Positions 28,930 to 40,929 of a stretch of 64,000 nucleotides of DNA are shown here, piece after piece. The translations under genes were made by a program, and so were the position numbers. A model generated the notes under the pieces. It saw only the letters and a program-made list of their open reading frames with translations. It was not told the DNA's origin and made no database searches. The stretch lies in assembly GCF_009834535.1 (NCBI RefSeq), contig NC_045698.1:14820001-14884000 (forward strand). Reading direction: 5' to 3'. Position 1 is the stretch's first letter. Every line of letters starts with the position of its first letter. The DNA is from Camelus ferus (taxonomy: Eukaryota).

Positions 28930-29351
28930 CTGGAGTAGATTACTGGCTCCATTTTTTTTTTTATCCTTTTTTCTATGCATGTTCTTTGCCATGAAACTTT
29001 GTAGTTTCTTTAGTAATCCAGAAGTGGAGTGAAGTAGCTTTCTCTTGATTTGAGGCCAGGCATATGACTTGCTTTGGCCAATAATAAAATGTTAGCCCCT
29101 GATTCAAGCAGAGCCTTGAAATGTGCTTGCGAAGTATGTTTTGTCATTGCCCTTAGAAAAGCATGCCCATCCTGACTAGCCCCAGTTCACCAGAATTGGG
29201 AAAGATACACAGAAAGCAGAGCAACACTGGTTAAAATGGAGGCAGAAAAAGAGCTATGCTAGCTGACCTTCAAATTTGTGAAAAATAAACGCCTATTGTC
29301 TTATGCCATTTGGATTGTTGACTTTTTCTCTTACGCGGTTTGACTAGTACA
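28930..29351 (+). mobile_element. MaLR LTR, MLT1H/I-like
   Basis: ggcatatgacttgctttggccaat, aaatgtgcttgc, aaataaacgcctattgtcttatgcca, terminal gactagtaca. Confidence 0.7.
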
Positions 29352-29656
29352 GTAGTTAACAATAGCATTTAACAATTTAACGGTTAACTTTCTATGACAC
29401 ACACGTATATATGTTTAGGCACATTATTATCGTTCTCATTCTACTTCTTTACAAGTGCAAATATATTTGCTTAAAAAAAAAAAAAGCAAGATTCTGAAAT
29501 TATAGCAGTTGCCTGATATTTATTCCTTTGGATGAGACATGTCAATATTAAAATATAAAATGACAGGAAATTTTCAAATCACCTCCTGAATCTGCCTATC
29601 TTTAAATATACATACTACATACATACATATTTCTATATCTATATCTACATCTCTCT

Positions 29657-29660
<4 letters not shown>

Positions 29661-29692
<32 letters not shown>
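29661..29692. repeat. (AC)16 microsatellite
   Basis: Directly visible. Confidence 0.95.
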
Positions 29693-29695
<3 letters not shown>

Positions 29696-30441
29696 GCATC
29701 TCCAAAGCCTGCCTAAAGCATTTATCAGGCATTTATTTGAACACAAATAATCCCTTAAGGAGATATGGAAGGAGTTCTTGATTTTAATTAATTCTACCTG
29801 AGATTGTTTCAAAGATAGGTAGAATTACTACCTTTAGTAAAAATTAGGTGAATATGGGGACTCAGTGAATAATGGTATTTCCTGAGGCAAGGAAACCAAA
29901 CCTCATGCTCATTCATTCTTCCTTCTGTATCACACAACCTAAAGATATGTCTGAGAGAAAAAAGGGTGTTATATAGATACATATAGCTTACTGCCATTTT
30001 CCAACTAAATTCATTTGATGTTAACTTTCTATCACTTTTTTTTTTACATTTTCCTTTCTAATATTTACATTTTACTTTCCCGTCTGAAAAAAGTAATTTA
30101 TAAAAATTTCATGACTATAGGTGAGTATAATTAAAGCAAAATACTATTCATTGAAATTTACATTCCCTAATATAAAAAATATAAATTCTGGAAATACTAA
30201 TCTAGACTGGAATTATCTGAATTCCTGAATACTACAGTTCTGAAACAAACATGATGGCTGATGTAAATGTCTGACACTGATATGCTGTACCGCTTGGCTG
30301 CCTGCCCTTCACTGTAAAAATACTGAATTTCTTTCTAGGACCTTCACCTGAGGCAGCATAAAAACTGGGATGAATTCATTCCCCAATTTTAATTCAGTCC
30401 CAATGTTTATGTTCAGCAAATTATGTGAAAAAAGAAAGTAC

Positions 30442-30944
30442 TACGGTAGGCAGAGCAATGCCCTCCACATGGGTTCCATCTCTTAATCCCTAGAACCTGT
30501 GACTACAAGGCATGAAGGGATTAAAGTTGAAAATGAAGTTCAAGTTGCAAGCCAACTAGCCTTAAAATAGGGGGATTCCTCTGGATTATCTGGGTGGGTA
30601 CAATGTGATCACAAGAGTTCCCAAAAGATGGAAGAGGGAGGCCGGAGAATCAGTGTCAGAGTAATGTGGTGAGAGAGACTTGAGCAGCCCTTGCTGGCTT
30701 TCAAGATGGAGGGGGAGCCCGACCCATAGGTCCAAGGCAACCTCTAGAAGTTGGAAGAGGTCAGAGAATGGACTCCCTCCTAGAGCCTCCAGAAATAAAT
30801 GCAGCTCTGAGGATACCTTGGTTTTACACACATGAGGCACATTTAGGATGTCTGACCTCCAAAACTGTATGGTAATACATTTGTGTTGTTTTAAGCCACA
30901 GATTTTACACTGATTTCTTACAGTAGCAATAGAAAATGAAAACA
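30442..30944 (+). mobile_element. MaLR solo LTR, MLT1D-like
   Basis: ggtaggcagagcaatg...taatccctagaacctgtga...ggattatctgggtggg...ctagagcctccagaa...tctgacctccaaaactgta...gttgttttaagccac...cagtagcaatagaaaatgaaaaca; explains the 143-aa ORF at 30586-31017. Confidence 0.88.
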
Positions 30945-31826
30945 GGTACTGATAAAAAGATCTCCCCAAGCGCAGTATAAAATAGAGAGTGGTTTGTGTA
31001 GGGATAGAGGAAGGCATGGAGAAATTTCTGTGGCGTACTCTCCTGACATCTCATCTTTGGAGCAGTACAGAGTGACAAAATGTGAAAATCTTGCCACATC
31101 ATTGGGATAATTCTCTTCTTTAGAAAGATGCGGCAGCTTTTAATGTCAAAGATCAGTGACATTTTAGCATCACAACGTAGATTAAGGTTTGTCCCTTAGG
31201 AGAGTTAACTCTAGGAGACTTTACAAATTGATCAAGTTCTAAGAGCTTGAACTCTTTTTTTTTTTTTTTTTTAAAGCACAATCTCAACTGAACAATTCTG
31301 ATGGCAGTTAAAGTAAGAGATCAAAAGCAGACATATTTCATTTTTTAGAAAAGAACATTAATAATGATCAAAAGTAACACTTTTCAAAGGTTTTTTGTTG
31401 TTGTTGTTGCCCTAATTTCCACATCTGAGTCAGTGGAATTCACTGACTGTGTGTATTTAATCGTGATTGTATGTATATGTGTGTGTGTGAGGGGGTGGGG
31501 GTAGGGGGGCAGGCAGGAGGAATACAGCCAAAAGTTGTAAAAGCCACCAAATGATAAGACGAGGAGTAGCTCCCCAGTGACAGAGATGCAATAAATCCTT
31601 TCAAGAAGTGGGAGGCTTGAAAGCACTCACAGAGAAGGAGAACAGAAGAGGCTGAAGGTATGAAAGATAATTTCAAACCAGTGTGGGCCATTTTCCACAG
31701 GAATGGCAAAAGACGTCCTGGGGGAAATCTAGGGGATCAAGAACATGGGGCTAGTCATTATTTTCTGTCTTGATCTCTAGAAGACGGCCTTCCCGAGGAT
31801 TTTAACGACACAGCTACAGGTAGAAT

Positions 31827-31998
31827 CAGCACCAGCTACAGAATTTGTGAGGCCCAGTTCAAAACAAAAATGTAGGTCTCTTGGTTCAAAAATCAAAAAG
31901 GACTTCAGGATGGTGACAGCAGAGCATTAAGCTGTGAGAATCTCTGAGCCTGGGCCCCGGGGCAGCTGCACAGGTGGTGCCCCCATGAAGCCAGCCTG
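31827..31998 (-). mobile_element. MER45-type hAT-Tip100 DNA transposon
   Basis: Right end gggccccggggcagctgcacagg...catgaagccagcctg and ttcaggatggtgacagcagagcattaa match the reverse complement of recalled MER45A. Confidence 0.75.
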
Positions 31999-33429
31999 GG
32001 GTGGAACTGTGTGTTAGGAAGGTTGAGACTGAGGCTTCCTAAGATTTGAAGTAACTGCCTCTTTCGCCCCTGTTCTGTTTCTTTCTTTGTCCTGTAGGAC
32101 TCGAGGGTGAATCCACCTGTTCCCACACACTAGGGTGCAGTCGGAAGGGACTGAGAAAGGAGGCGTGTGTTTTGCCTTCCGAGCGGGTGATCACAGAGTA
32201 AAGTGGCTGAAACTCACAGCTAATTCTCTGGCATTGGGAACCCAAGGTACATGCAGGTGTGAGCTGGGTCTCTGCGGGAAAGCGTCAGCAGTGAGCCCGT
32301 AGCAGCTGGAGAGCAGATCGCCCGTCTCAGCCCTTCTCCGTGCCCTGTATCCCAGGACAACAGCACCAAGTGAAGACAATGAACACAGCACAGAAGTGAC
32401 CTGGGCCCAGCTGTCCGTCTCTGAATACCATAAAATAATACCTAGGCCCTGGAATTTGGATCTTTTCCAACAGGAAGAGGGAGAGAAAAGCAAGTAGGGG
32501 TGTGGGTGGGGGGGGTGGATTTCACTGAGAGTTTACTAAAATGTAAACTAATTTAAAATCAAAATTTTGTTATGTACTCATATATGGAGAAATTGAGTTT
32601 TCTGATACTCTGAAATATGGGTGAAATAAGTTTGATAAAAGAAAATGAAAATTGTATACTTCTATACATGGAACTTATAAGCCATAAAATGTATATGTTT
32701 ATGGTGTTTAAAATGTAAAATGGGCAGTTATAATCACTCTAGTAAACTTATGAATTAAGGAAATGTTAAAGAATTGTTTTAGTTTTACTATTTTACTAAA
32801 ATAAAATATCAAAGATTAATCATGTTTGAAAAGAAAATAACCGGGTAAACATATTTTTTTACATTTTCAGGTATAATGTAATCATATTGACTTGCCACAC
32901 AGTATATATTTTAACAATATAACTGCTTTGTTGTGCTGATTGATGGAGAATTATTTAATCTGAATGAGCACTGGATACTCAGAGAATCCTCACACAATGA
33001 AATAGAAAATGATGGAGGTAAGAAAATAAACATCCTGTTTAAATCAGGACTTGGAATTTAAGGAAAATAACAGAAAAGAAGAACCTAAAATTGAAAGTTG
33101 TACAAAAGTTTGATGCTTTATATGGGATTGAGTGATCTCCTAGTCATCAAAGAACAGGATATTTGTAGCTATGTCAGCATGGGAGAGTAGGTACTGAGTT
33201 TGTACCACATAGAACAAATTAGACTGAGAGTCTCACATAAAGATGGGACCCTTGAGAAGTTATTTCAAAGGTAAAACAGAACATAGGCTTAATAAAAAAA
33301 ATGGGATTCTAAAAGAGTATGAGTATCTTATTTATGATGCTTCAGAATTTAAAATCACTCACATAGGCTTGTAGAGAAATATACCCTCCTACAAGGACCT
33401 GGTGTCCTCACAGTGAGGTGAAGTATTTA

Positions 33430-34990
33430 CATAAAGGACAGATATTGAGACAGGATTTAAATAACAGAGCAAGGAGCCTAGTAGACCTTCTCTCCAGTAA
33501 AACAACTATTTAAGAGGGTTAAAAAAAATACACACACACAAAACAATGATTTAACTTCTGCAAGTTTGACCTAAGGGCACATGGCATATGGAGAAACATT
33601 CATTTAAGAAAATCTACTAAATCTACGTAAGTGCAGCCAGTCAGCTGCAACCTGCTTCCTCTCCACTTCCCGTGCTATCCAGCCTCTCCTCCAGATGCTC
33701 TGCTGGAGGAGTATCTGGGTGGGAATGGTAAAGAAGGGGACACTCTTCCTCTAGTTTCCAGCCTAAGACTAGAGTTTTACTCTCAGAGTGACAGACTGCT
33801 GGCATTTCTTAACTCCATCTAATGCCACCCGTCAACTCCAACCCTTTGTTGCAGAAAATTTATCCCAGGTGAACTAAAAACCAAGGCTCCCTTTCCCACT
33901 CAGCCCATATAAGCAGAGAAGATGCTCCACCCCCCAGCATGGAATCCTGATGGGCCCCACCCCAGCTCACGTACAGGGAAGAGATCTGACACTGAGAAGG
34001 GGAAACTAAGGAGATGAGGGTTTACCCTTCTCCACTCCAAACAGTGCCAGCTCACTAAGCAGGGGTGTCTCTTGGGGAGAAGTAAGCTGCTGCCTACACT
34101 CTCAGCTCCTTTGTTTTGGTGCAGAGTTTATTTCCAGGGGGAGAGGCAAGTCAGTGCTACAAAGGTATCCACTGTTCTGCCAGAGGGGATTTTGTTTGGA
34201 ATAGAGAATGAAACATGGTATGCTTGAAGACTGTTAAAAAGCATGGAGAGCTTGGTGGAGAACAAGTATGAGGATCCTGGTAGCTTCATGAAACCAGCGG
34301 CAACAAGTGAAATAACAGAACAAGCAGAAATTTAACAGAAAACCAAGCCAGCCAAGAAAAATAATCCTGGGATCAAAGGAGCCTCTGATCCCTGGGGTTG
34401 GGAAAACCCATTCAGCATGGGACGAGCTGACCTGCTGAGCAGCAGAGAGGACATGAGGTAGTTCAGAAGCATTTCCCAGGTAACAGAGATCCCACAATGC
34501 AGGGAACAAGCCTCACCGGCACAAGCACTTAAGCACAGGCTCTAATGAAAACTGGCTGAAGCATGAACTTCTCTTACTCAGGAGCAACCCTTAGGAAGCC
34601 AGACAAAAATAAAACTGTACACAGGCCCGGCAGTCAGTACAACTGTGCATGCTCAAGGATTCACTTTCTCAGGGGTGATCAGAGAGCAAACCTCCAAGCT
34701 TCTAGTCATTGTCTGAACACGAATCAGAAATATAAACTCCCCGTGGCAGCCTCTAAGTCACAAAAATAACCAGCAAAGAATAAAAATGTAACTAGCTAAA
34801 GGGGATTTAGCACAGTGTGTGTCCAATAAGAGGCGTATGCCAACCCAGGGGTGACTCCCTAAGTAGCCAGTTTAAAAGATTAAAAACAGGAAAAAAGATC
34901 ATCTGAATGGGAACATCAGAGGCAGCATAAAGCAGGTCACTAAAAAAAAGAAAGAATAACCAAATAAACAACAACAACAACATCATTCAG
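33430..34990 (+). mobile_element. Old L1 (L1M-type) 5' region, decayed
   Basis: catatggagaaacattcatttaagaaaatctactaaatct and actgtgcatgctcaagg...caggggtgatcagag motifs typical of L1M 5' ends; lies upstream of inter-ORF/ORF2 sequence. Confidence 0.6.
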
Positions 34991-35394
34991 GGATGCTGTT
35001 ACTAGAAGCTGACGCTGGAAATAAATGTCAGAGACAACAGGGCAAGCGATCTGCTTCTTTTTGACCTGGGGTGGTCAGAGCAGCCCTCACTACACCTACC
35101 TCCACCACACTCACAGCACCTTTCTTCATTTAGCAAAAACATCTATTTCCATGGCAGCTATGGGGACATAACTGATGGGAAAATATAGTAGGTAACTTCA
35201 GTGTTTTCTGTGAACCTCCATCCCACCCCTCTAAAAGAGCTGTGTTGTTAAAAATGGCTATTAATGGCCCCAATTCTGCCAATTTGTTCTTCCAAACATT
35301 TACAGTGTCCGTTATTTGTAAAATTGTGTTTGGGGAATTAAAAGCAAACTAGATTTACCAAAAATAAAAATAAATGCAATTATTACCAAAAAAA

Positions 35395-36820
35395 CTGTAT
35401 TGAAGTAAAGAAATCAGATAACTAGAGTCCACATGAAGAGTGAAGAGAAACAGAAATGGGAAAGAAGACGGTTAATATAATAAACTCTACAAACATATGT
35501 TTATATATAGATGGCTCTCCTTTCCTGTTAAGCTTCTGTAAAAGGCATAAGATTATACAAAGTGGTAATTGTGACAATGTGTTGGGGGGTTTGTAACATA
35601 TGTAGACCTAATAGGTATGATAATAATAGCACACAAAGTGGGGAGGGTAGATCTATATAGAAGTAAAGTTTCTGTATTTCACTGCATCCAAGTCAGTACA
35701 AATGTGAAGCAGCTATTGATAGATAGTGTTAATAGTAACTTTTAAGTCACAGAACAACCACTAAAATATAACTAAACAATACAGACATCACTAAAGAAAT
35801 TAAAATATTGCACTAGAATGTTTAATAAAAAAGAAGACAGTAAAAAAAAAAAGCAGCAAAAGTTCAAAATGACATGGGACGTATAGAAGCAAAAAGAGAA
35901 ATGGTGAATACAAATCCAGCTATACCAATGATAACATTAAATGTGAATGGACTGTATAAAACAATCAAAAGTCAAAGATCACGAGATTTGATAAAGGAAA
36001 TCAAGATCTAACAATACACTGTTTGCAAGGGAGACCCTAGATTCACATATAAAAATATATTGAAAGCAAAATACTGGAAAAAGGCTATATGAAAAGCAAT
36101 TATGAGAGCTGTAGTGGCTTTATTAATATCAGAAAAAATAAACTTTAAAACAATGTCACTAGAGACAAAGAGGCACAGTATATGATGTTTAAGAGTTAGT
36201 TATTCAGGAACATACAAAAAATTTAAATATACAAGCATTTAACAACAAAATCCCAAAATACATTAGGAAAAAACTGACAGAATAGAAGGAAAAACAGACA
36301 ATTCCACAAATGTAGTTTGAGTTGTTAATATTCTTCTTACCATAAGGATGGAACAACTAGGCAGATCAACAAGGAAATAGAAGACTGTAACAACATTATA
36401 AACCAACTAAATCAAACAGACATCTGTAGAACACTACTCAGCAAAAGCAGAATACATATTCTTTTCGATACACATGAAACACTCTCCATGATAGACTATA
36501 TGCTAGGTTTTTAAAAAAGCCTCAATAAAACCAAAAGCATTGAAATTATACAAAGTACATTCTCCAACTTCTATAAAATTAGAAATCATTATCAGGAGGG
36601 AATTTACAAATATATAGAAATTAACTAGCATACTCTTAAATGCCAGTGGATCACATAAGAAATTACAAGGGGAATCTGAAAATGTTTTAAGATGAATAAA
36701 AATAAAAAAGTTATTTAAAATATATATAATGTAACTAAAGCAGTCCTCTGAAATTTATGGTTCTAAATAACTGTATGAAAAAATAAATATTCAAAGTTAA
36801 TACCATAAAATAACACTTTA
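35395..36820 (+). mobile_element. Old L1 inter-ORF region plus ORF2 endonuclease domain, decayed
   Basis: ataacattaaatgtgaatggactg (ITLNVNGL), atcaacaaggaaatagaagact, gcagaatacatattcttt, atagactatatgctagg (IDYML); many stops and frameshifts. Confidence 0.9.
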
Positions 36821-37592
36821 GGTTCAGCCTTAGAGAAAATTCATGGCAGCAAAAAGATATATTCAAGGATTACCACAAGAGAGGCAAGGATGGGAGAATA
36901 TGAAAGAATTTGAGAGATGTGTAGGCCGACTGAGCATGTCTAACACATACCCAACATACAGTCTAAGGAAGCCATTGCATGTGAAAGAGGGAATAATTAC
37001 TTAAAGAATATCAGCTGAGATTTTTCCAGAATTGCTGGAGGATACCATTCCTCAGATGGAGGCAGCATGATGATTCCAAAACTACTATATCCAACAGTTG
37101 TAGAATAGTGAGTGACAGACACTCAGCAAACACTCAGTAAACATTTGTTGAATAAATCTAAACATATTCAGGTGAAAACTATGAAGTATCAAATATAAAG
37201 AAAATATTTTAAAATCTAACATTCATTCAGATGTTCTGCCAAGAAATAGTAATTAAATAACAGTATCTTCAACAACAAAAATAGAAACTAGACAACTTAG
37301 AAGGAATGCTGGAAGAAAATAATTCTCAGCCTAGAATTGTACACCCAAATAACTATAAGACAAACTCAAGGGAAAAAAATATATTATTAAGTAAACAAGA
37401 GCAGAGAGCCTAACGTTAACAGACCTTTAGTGAAGTTGTGCATGTGTATGTGTGTGTGCGTGTGTGTGTGTCTGTTGTGTGTGTTTTTTTACATCATACG
37501 TTTTAGAAAGTAGGTATAGTTCCTACTGTGATAGCAGAAACTGGTAAAAATGGCGGTGAATCTAAACAAATGTCAACAGTAAAAAAATATTT

Positions 37593-38545
37593 GACATACA
37601 AGGAAATTCCCATAAGGCTATCAGCTGATTTTTTCAGTTGAAACTCTGCAGGCTAGAAAGGAGTGGCATGACACACTTAAAGTGATGAAAGAGAAGAAAC
37701 TACAACCAAGAGTAGTGTATTCAGCAAGGCTCTCGTTCAGATTTGGAGAAATGGAGAAATCAAATCCTTTACAGACAAGAAAAAGTGGAAAGAATTCAGC
37801 ACCACCAAACCAGTTTTACAACAAATGCCAAAGGAACCTCTCTAGGCAGAAAAGAAAAGGCCACAACTAGAAACAAGAAAATTATGAAATGGAAAAGCTC
37901 ACTGGTAAAAGCGAACATATAATAAAAGTAGGAACTCATCTTAAGCACCATTCTGTTACAGTAAGAAAATAATCAAAAATGTAACAGGAGATGATCAAGA
38001 GGCAGGGAGGAGCCAGTGAGTCCGGGCACATGAGTCCTCAAAGTCAAAGGCTTGTGAGGAACAACTGACTGGCCTCCGGTGAAGGATCTCATGGAGAAAT
38101 GCATCTAAAGCAAAGGGTGTGAAAACAGCCTCGATGTCCAACATCAGAGGACTGGCCAAGTGACAGAACAGTCACACCCTAGGAAGTAATGCAGTCACTA
38201 AAGATAAAGCTGTAGATGAATGTTTACTGAAATAAAGGATGTTCAAGACAAAAAAAAAAAGGTAGGAAATCATGCACACACAAAGCTAATAGGGAGCTTG
38301 AAAGACAAAAAGTAGTACAATCACCTGTACCCACAATAAGCAGTTAAGGGATACACAGAATAATTAGATGTAAAATATAATATCAAAAACAGTAATCATG
38401 AGGGGAGGAGAGTACAAATGCAGGGTATCTAAAATTTACTTGAATTTAAGAAGTCAGCAACTTAAAACAGGCTGTTACATAAAAACCTCATAGTAATCAC
38501 AAAGCAAAAATCTTTAACAAATACACACGAAAAATAAAAAAGAAA
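37593..38545 (+). mobile_element. Younger L1 fragment (ORF1 C-terminus plus inter-ORF) with apparent 18-bp TSD
   Basis: Reads TYKEIPIRLSADF / ETLQARKEWHDTLKVMKEKKLQPRVVYSARLSFRF (L1 ORF1p CTD); flanks aacagtaaaaaaatattt (37575-37592) and aacaataaacaaatattt (38546-38563). Confidence 0.85.
37940..38260 (+). pseudogene. Processed retrocopy of an RNA 3' end (about 320 bp)
   Basis: AATAAA 38231-38236, poly(A) 38250-38260, TSD aaaagtaggaactcat (37924-37939) / aaaggtaggaaatcat (38258-38273); interrupts otherwise continuous L1 sequence. Confidence 0.75.
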
Positions 38546-40929
38546 AACAATAAACAAATATTTAATGTAGGATATTTGGGGTTTAGAAAAGATGGACTTA
38601 AAATATGGGACATAATGTCACAAAGATGGCTCAAAAGGCATGAAATAATATTTTGTATTGCTCACAAGGAGAGCAGAGATTCATTGTTACAGAATTTATT
38701 CAGTGAAATGTACATGTAAAAACTTTAAGAAACTGAACATTTAAAATAGAATGTGCAATTTCAAATGAATAAAGAGTAAAATAAAAATGAAAAACCAAAA
38801 ATAATTGCTAATCTTAATCAAAATAAGAAAAGAAGTTAACACTGTAATAATGTGAATATGAAATACAGGTGCTATATACATATAAAAACATGTTATAAAA
38901 CATTTGAAAGATCAAAGATGTTTCAATGGCTTGATTATTTTAATTATGTATCCTTGGTCTAAGTCCAGCTATGGAACTGAATCAAAAAGGAGCTGAATTT
39001 AGCAATACGTTATGTATCAGACATTAGTAACTAGATTTTTTGTTTGAGGTAGATATTGAATACCTATGGCTATTGTTCAGTTACCTCTTTTTCAGTATTT
39101 CTTGAGGGCTAGTTTTTTACCTTTCCTTCAGTGAAAAATATACGTTGATTTAGAGTCTTTCAAAGATGAATTGCAATTAGTATTTGATGACACACTGACC
39201 CCTTGCAAAGAATTCATTAAACAGATGGTACAGTGAAAACTTAGATATATTTTAGTTCACATCATTCCAATTTGACACATCCTATTTAAAACCATGACCC
39301 ACTTAAAAATGATTGAGAAATGTCTAAGAGAGCCATTCACTTTCCTTATTTACTCTCTAAAGAATTTCGAATGACACAGAAAAAAAGTGTGCAATTTTTC
39401 AATGGAAATTGAAAATTTTCATTGAAGATGACAAAGCGTAATCAAAAGAAATTCCTTTTGTGAATGTGACTATTGTGGAGATGACATTTTTCTCAGATGC
39501 TGGTGAATGTTAACTGTCTTCTTGATTTGGACATTCTGATTTTAAGAAATTGTTCTAGACTTCACAAACTTTATCAACTCTACCTACAAGCAAAATATTT
39601 TATAATTAAAAACATAAATTATCTCCACCCATACATAGTACCTGTATAACAAACCAGCGCTTTGCGGGTTGTGTTCCAATTTCCCAGATTTTTGAAACTG
39701 AATGTTTGCTCCCAATATTTTATTTTCTGCTACTAAGCAAAGCTGTAACGTGGAAAAATACTAGATTTTTGAGAATTCATTTTTATTCTTCCCTGGGTAA
39801 TATGTAATATTTTAATTCTTTTCACATTTAGCTACAATTCTCGGTACTGCTTCATTAACTTTTAAAATTCCTCTCAGATATACATGGCTGGTAAATGCAG
39901 TCAAGTGTCAAAAGAAGGTTAAAAATAAATGAAACAAAAGGAGAAACAATATTCTTCTTGCTTAATTTCCATTTGCAGAAAAGAAGAATGACTAGTCCCA
40001 TAAGCTCCTAATAGTCCCTTATAGGTCCTAACATAATATTTTGATATGCTCGTTCACCAAATCTGCCTACAGACCAAAAGGCATTTCCAAACTCGTTTGT
40101 TCTAGTGGATGTTTCAAAAGATACACTCATTAACCCAATGCTATGATTGCTGTTTGTACCTGTTCCTGGAATCTAAGTTTTTGAAATAGGTTAACCAACT
40201 AATATTCACAGGTATATAATGATGTTTACTGATAGCAAGGACTTTAAACATAGCATAGCATAGGCATATTTTATTAGGGAGGAATGTGATCTACTACAGA
40301 TTGACTTGATGTGGCTTCAAGGAAAAGAAGTTTCTCTTTAATAACAAGAGAATGCAGAGAAAGACAGCAGATAACTGGCATAGGGTCTCCATGATAATAA
40401 CATCACAGAACCTAGTTCTCTCTCCCTTTTCCTCTTCTAACTCCCATCACATTGACCTTTACTCTCATTCATGCTGCTTCCTACTTACCATAAAGCTGCT
40501 GTACCAAATGGTATCAAGTCCAGGCTCCAGAAAAAAAAAAAAGGATCAAAGGGATAATATATCATGGTTATCTACTGCTGCATTATGAATTAAATCAAAT
40601 TTAATGGCTGAAAACATTATTTATTATTTTTATATTATGATTATTGTAAAAAAATGGCTTATTTCACAAATGCTGCAATCTATGCTATTGCTTACCTGAA
40701 AGGATTTACAGATCTTAAAAGCTGGAGGACCAGCCAGAAACTCACTGGGATGATATTTCCCTCTTTTTCTCTCTCTCAGTCCATTGACCCAACCACTTTA
40801 TCTCTTCAGCCTGCTAGGGAAAAACGCTTATGTGGTCACTGAGATTTTCTAAGCCTTCGAAGAGTTTTGGCTTGGTATCATTTTTGTCACTTCCTACTCC
40901 TAAAAGTAACCCCCAGGCCCTTCCCAGAC

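Larger units (their letters stand above)
36840..38900 (+). mobile_element. Very old L1ME-type ORF1/inter-ORF relic hosting nested insertions
   Basis: gctgagatttttccagaattg, ctcagcctagaattgtacaccca ORF1-like motifs; A-rich strand bias. Confidence 0.55.

Noticed and set aside
30586..31017. 143-aa ORF
   Set aside because: Antisense reading of an MLT1D LTR
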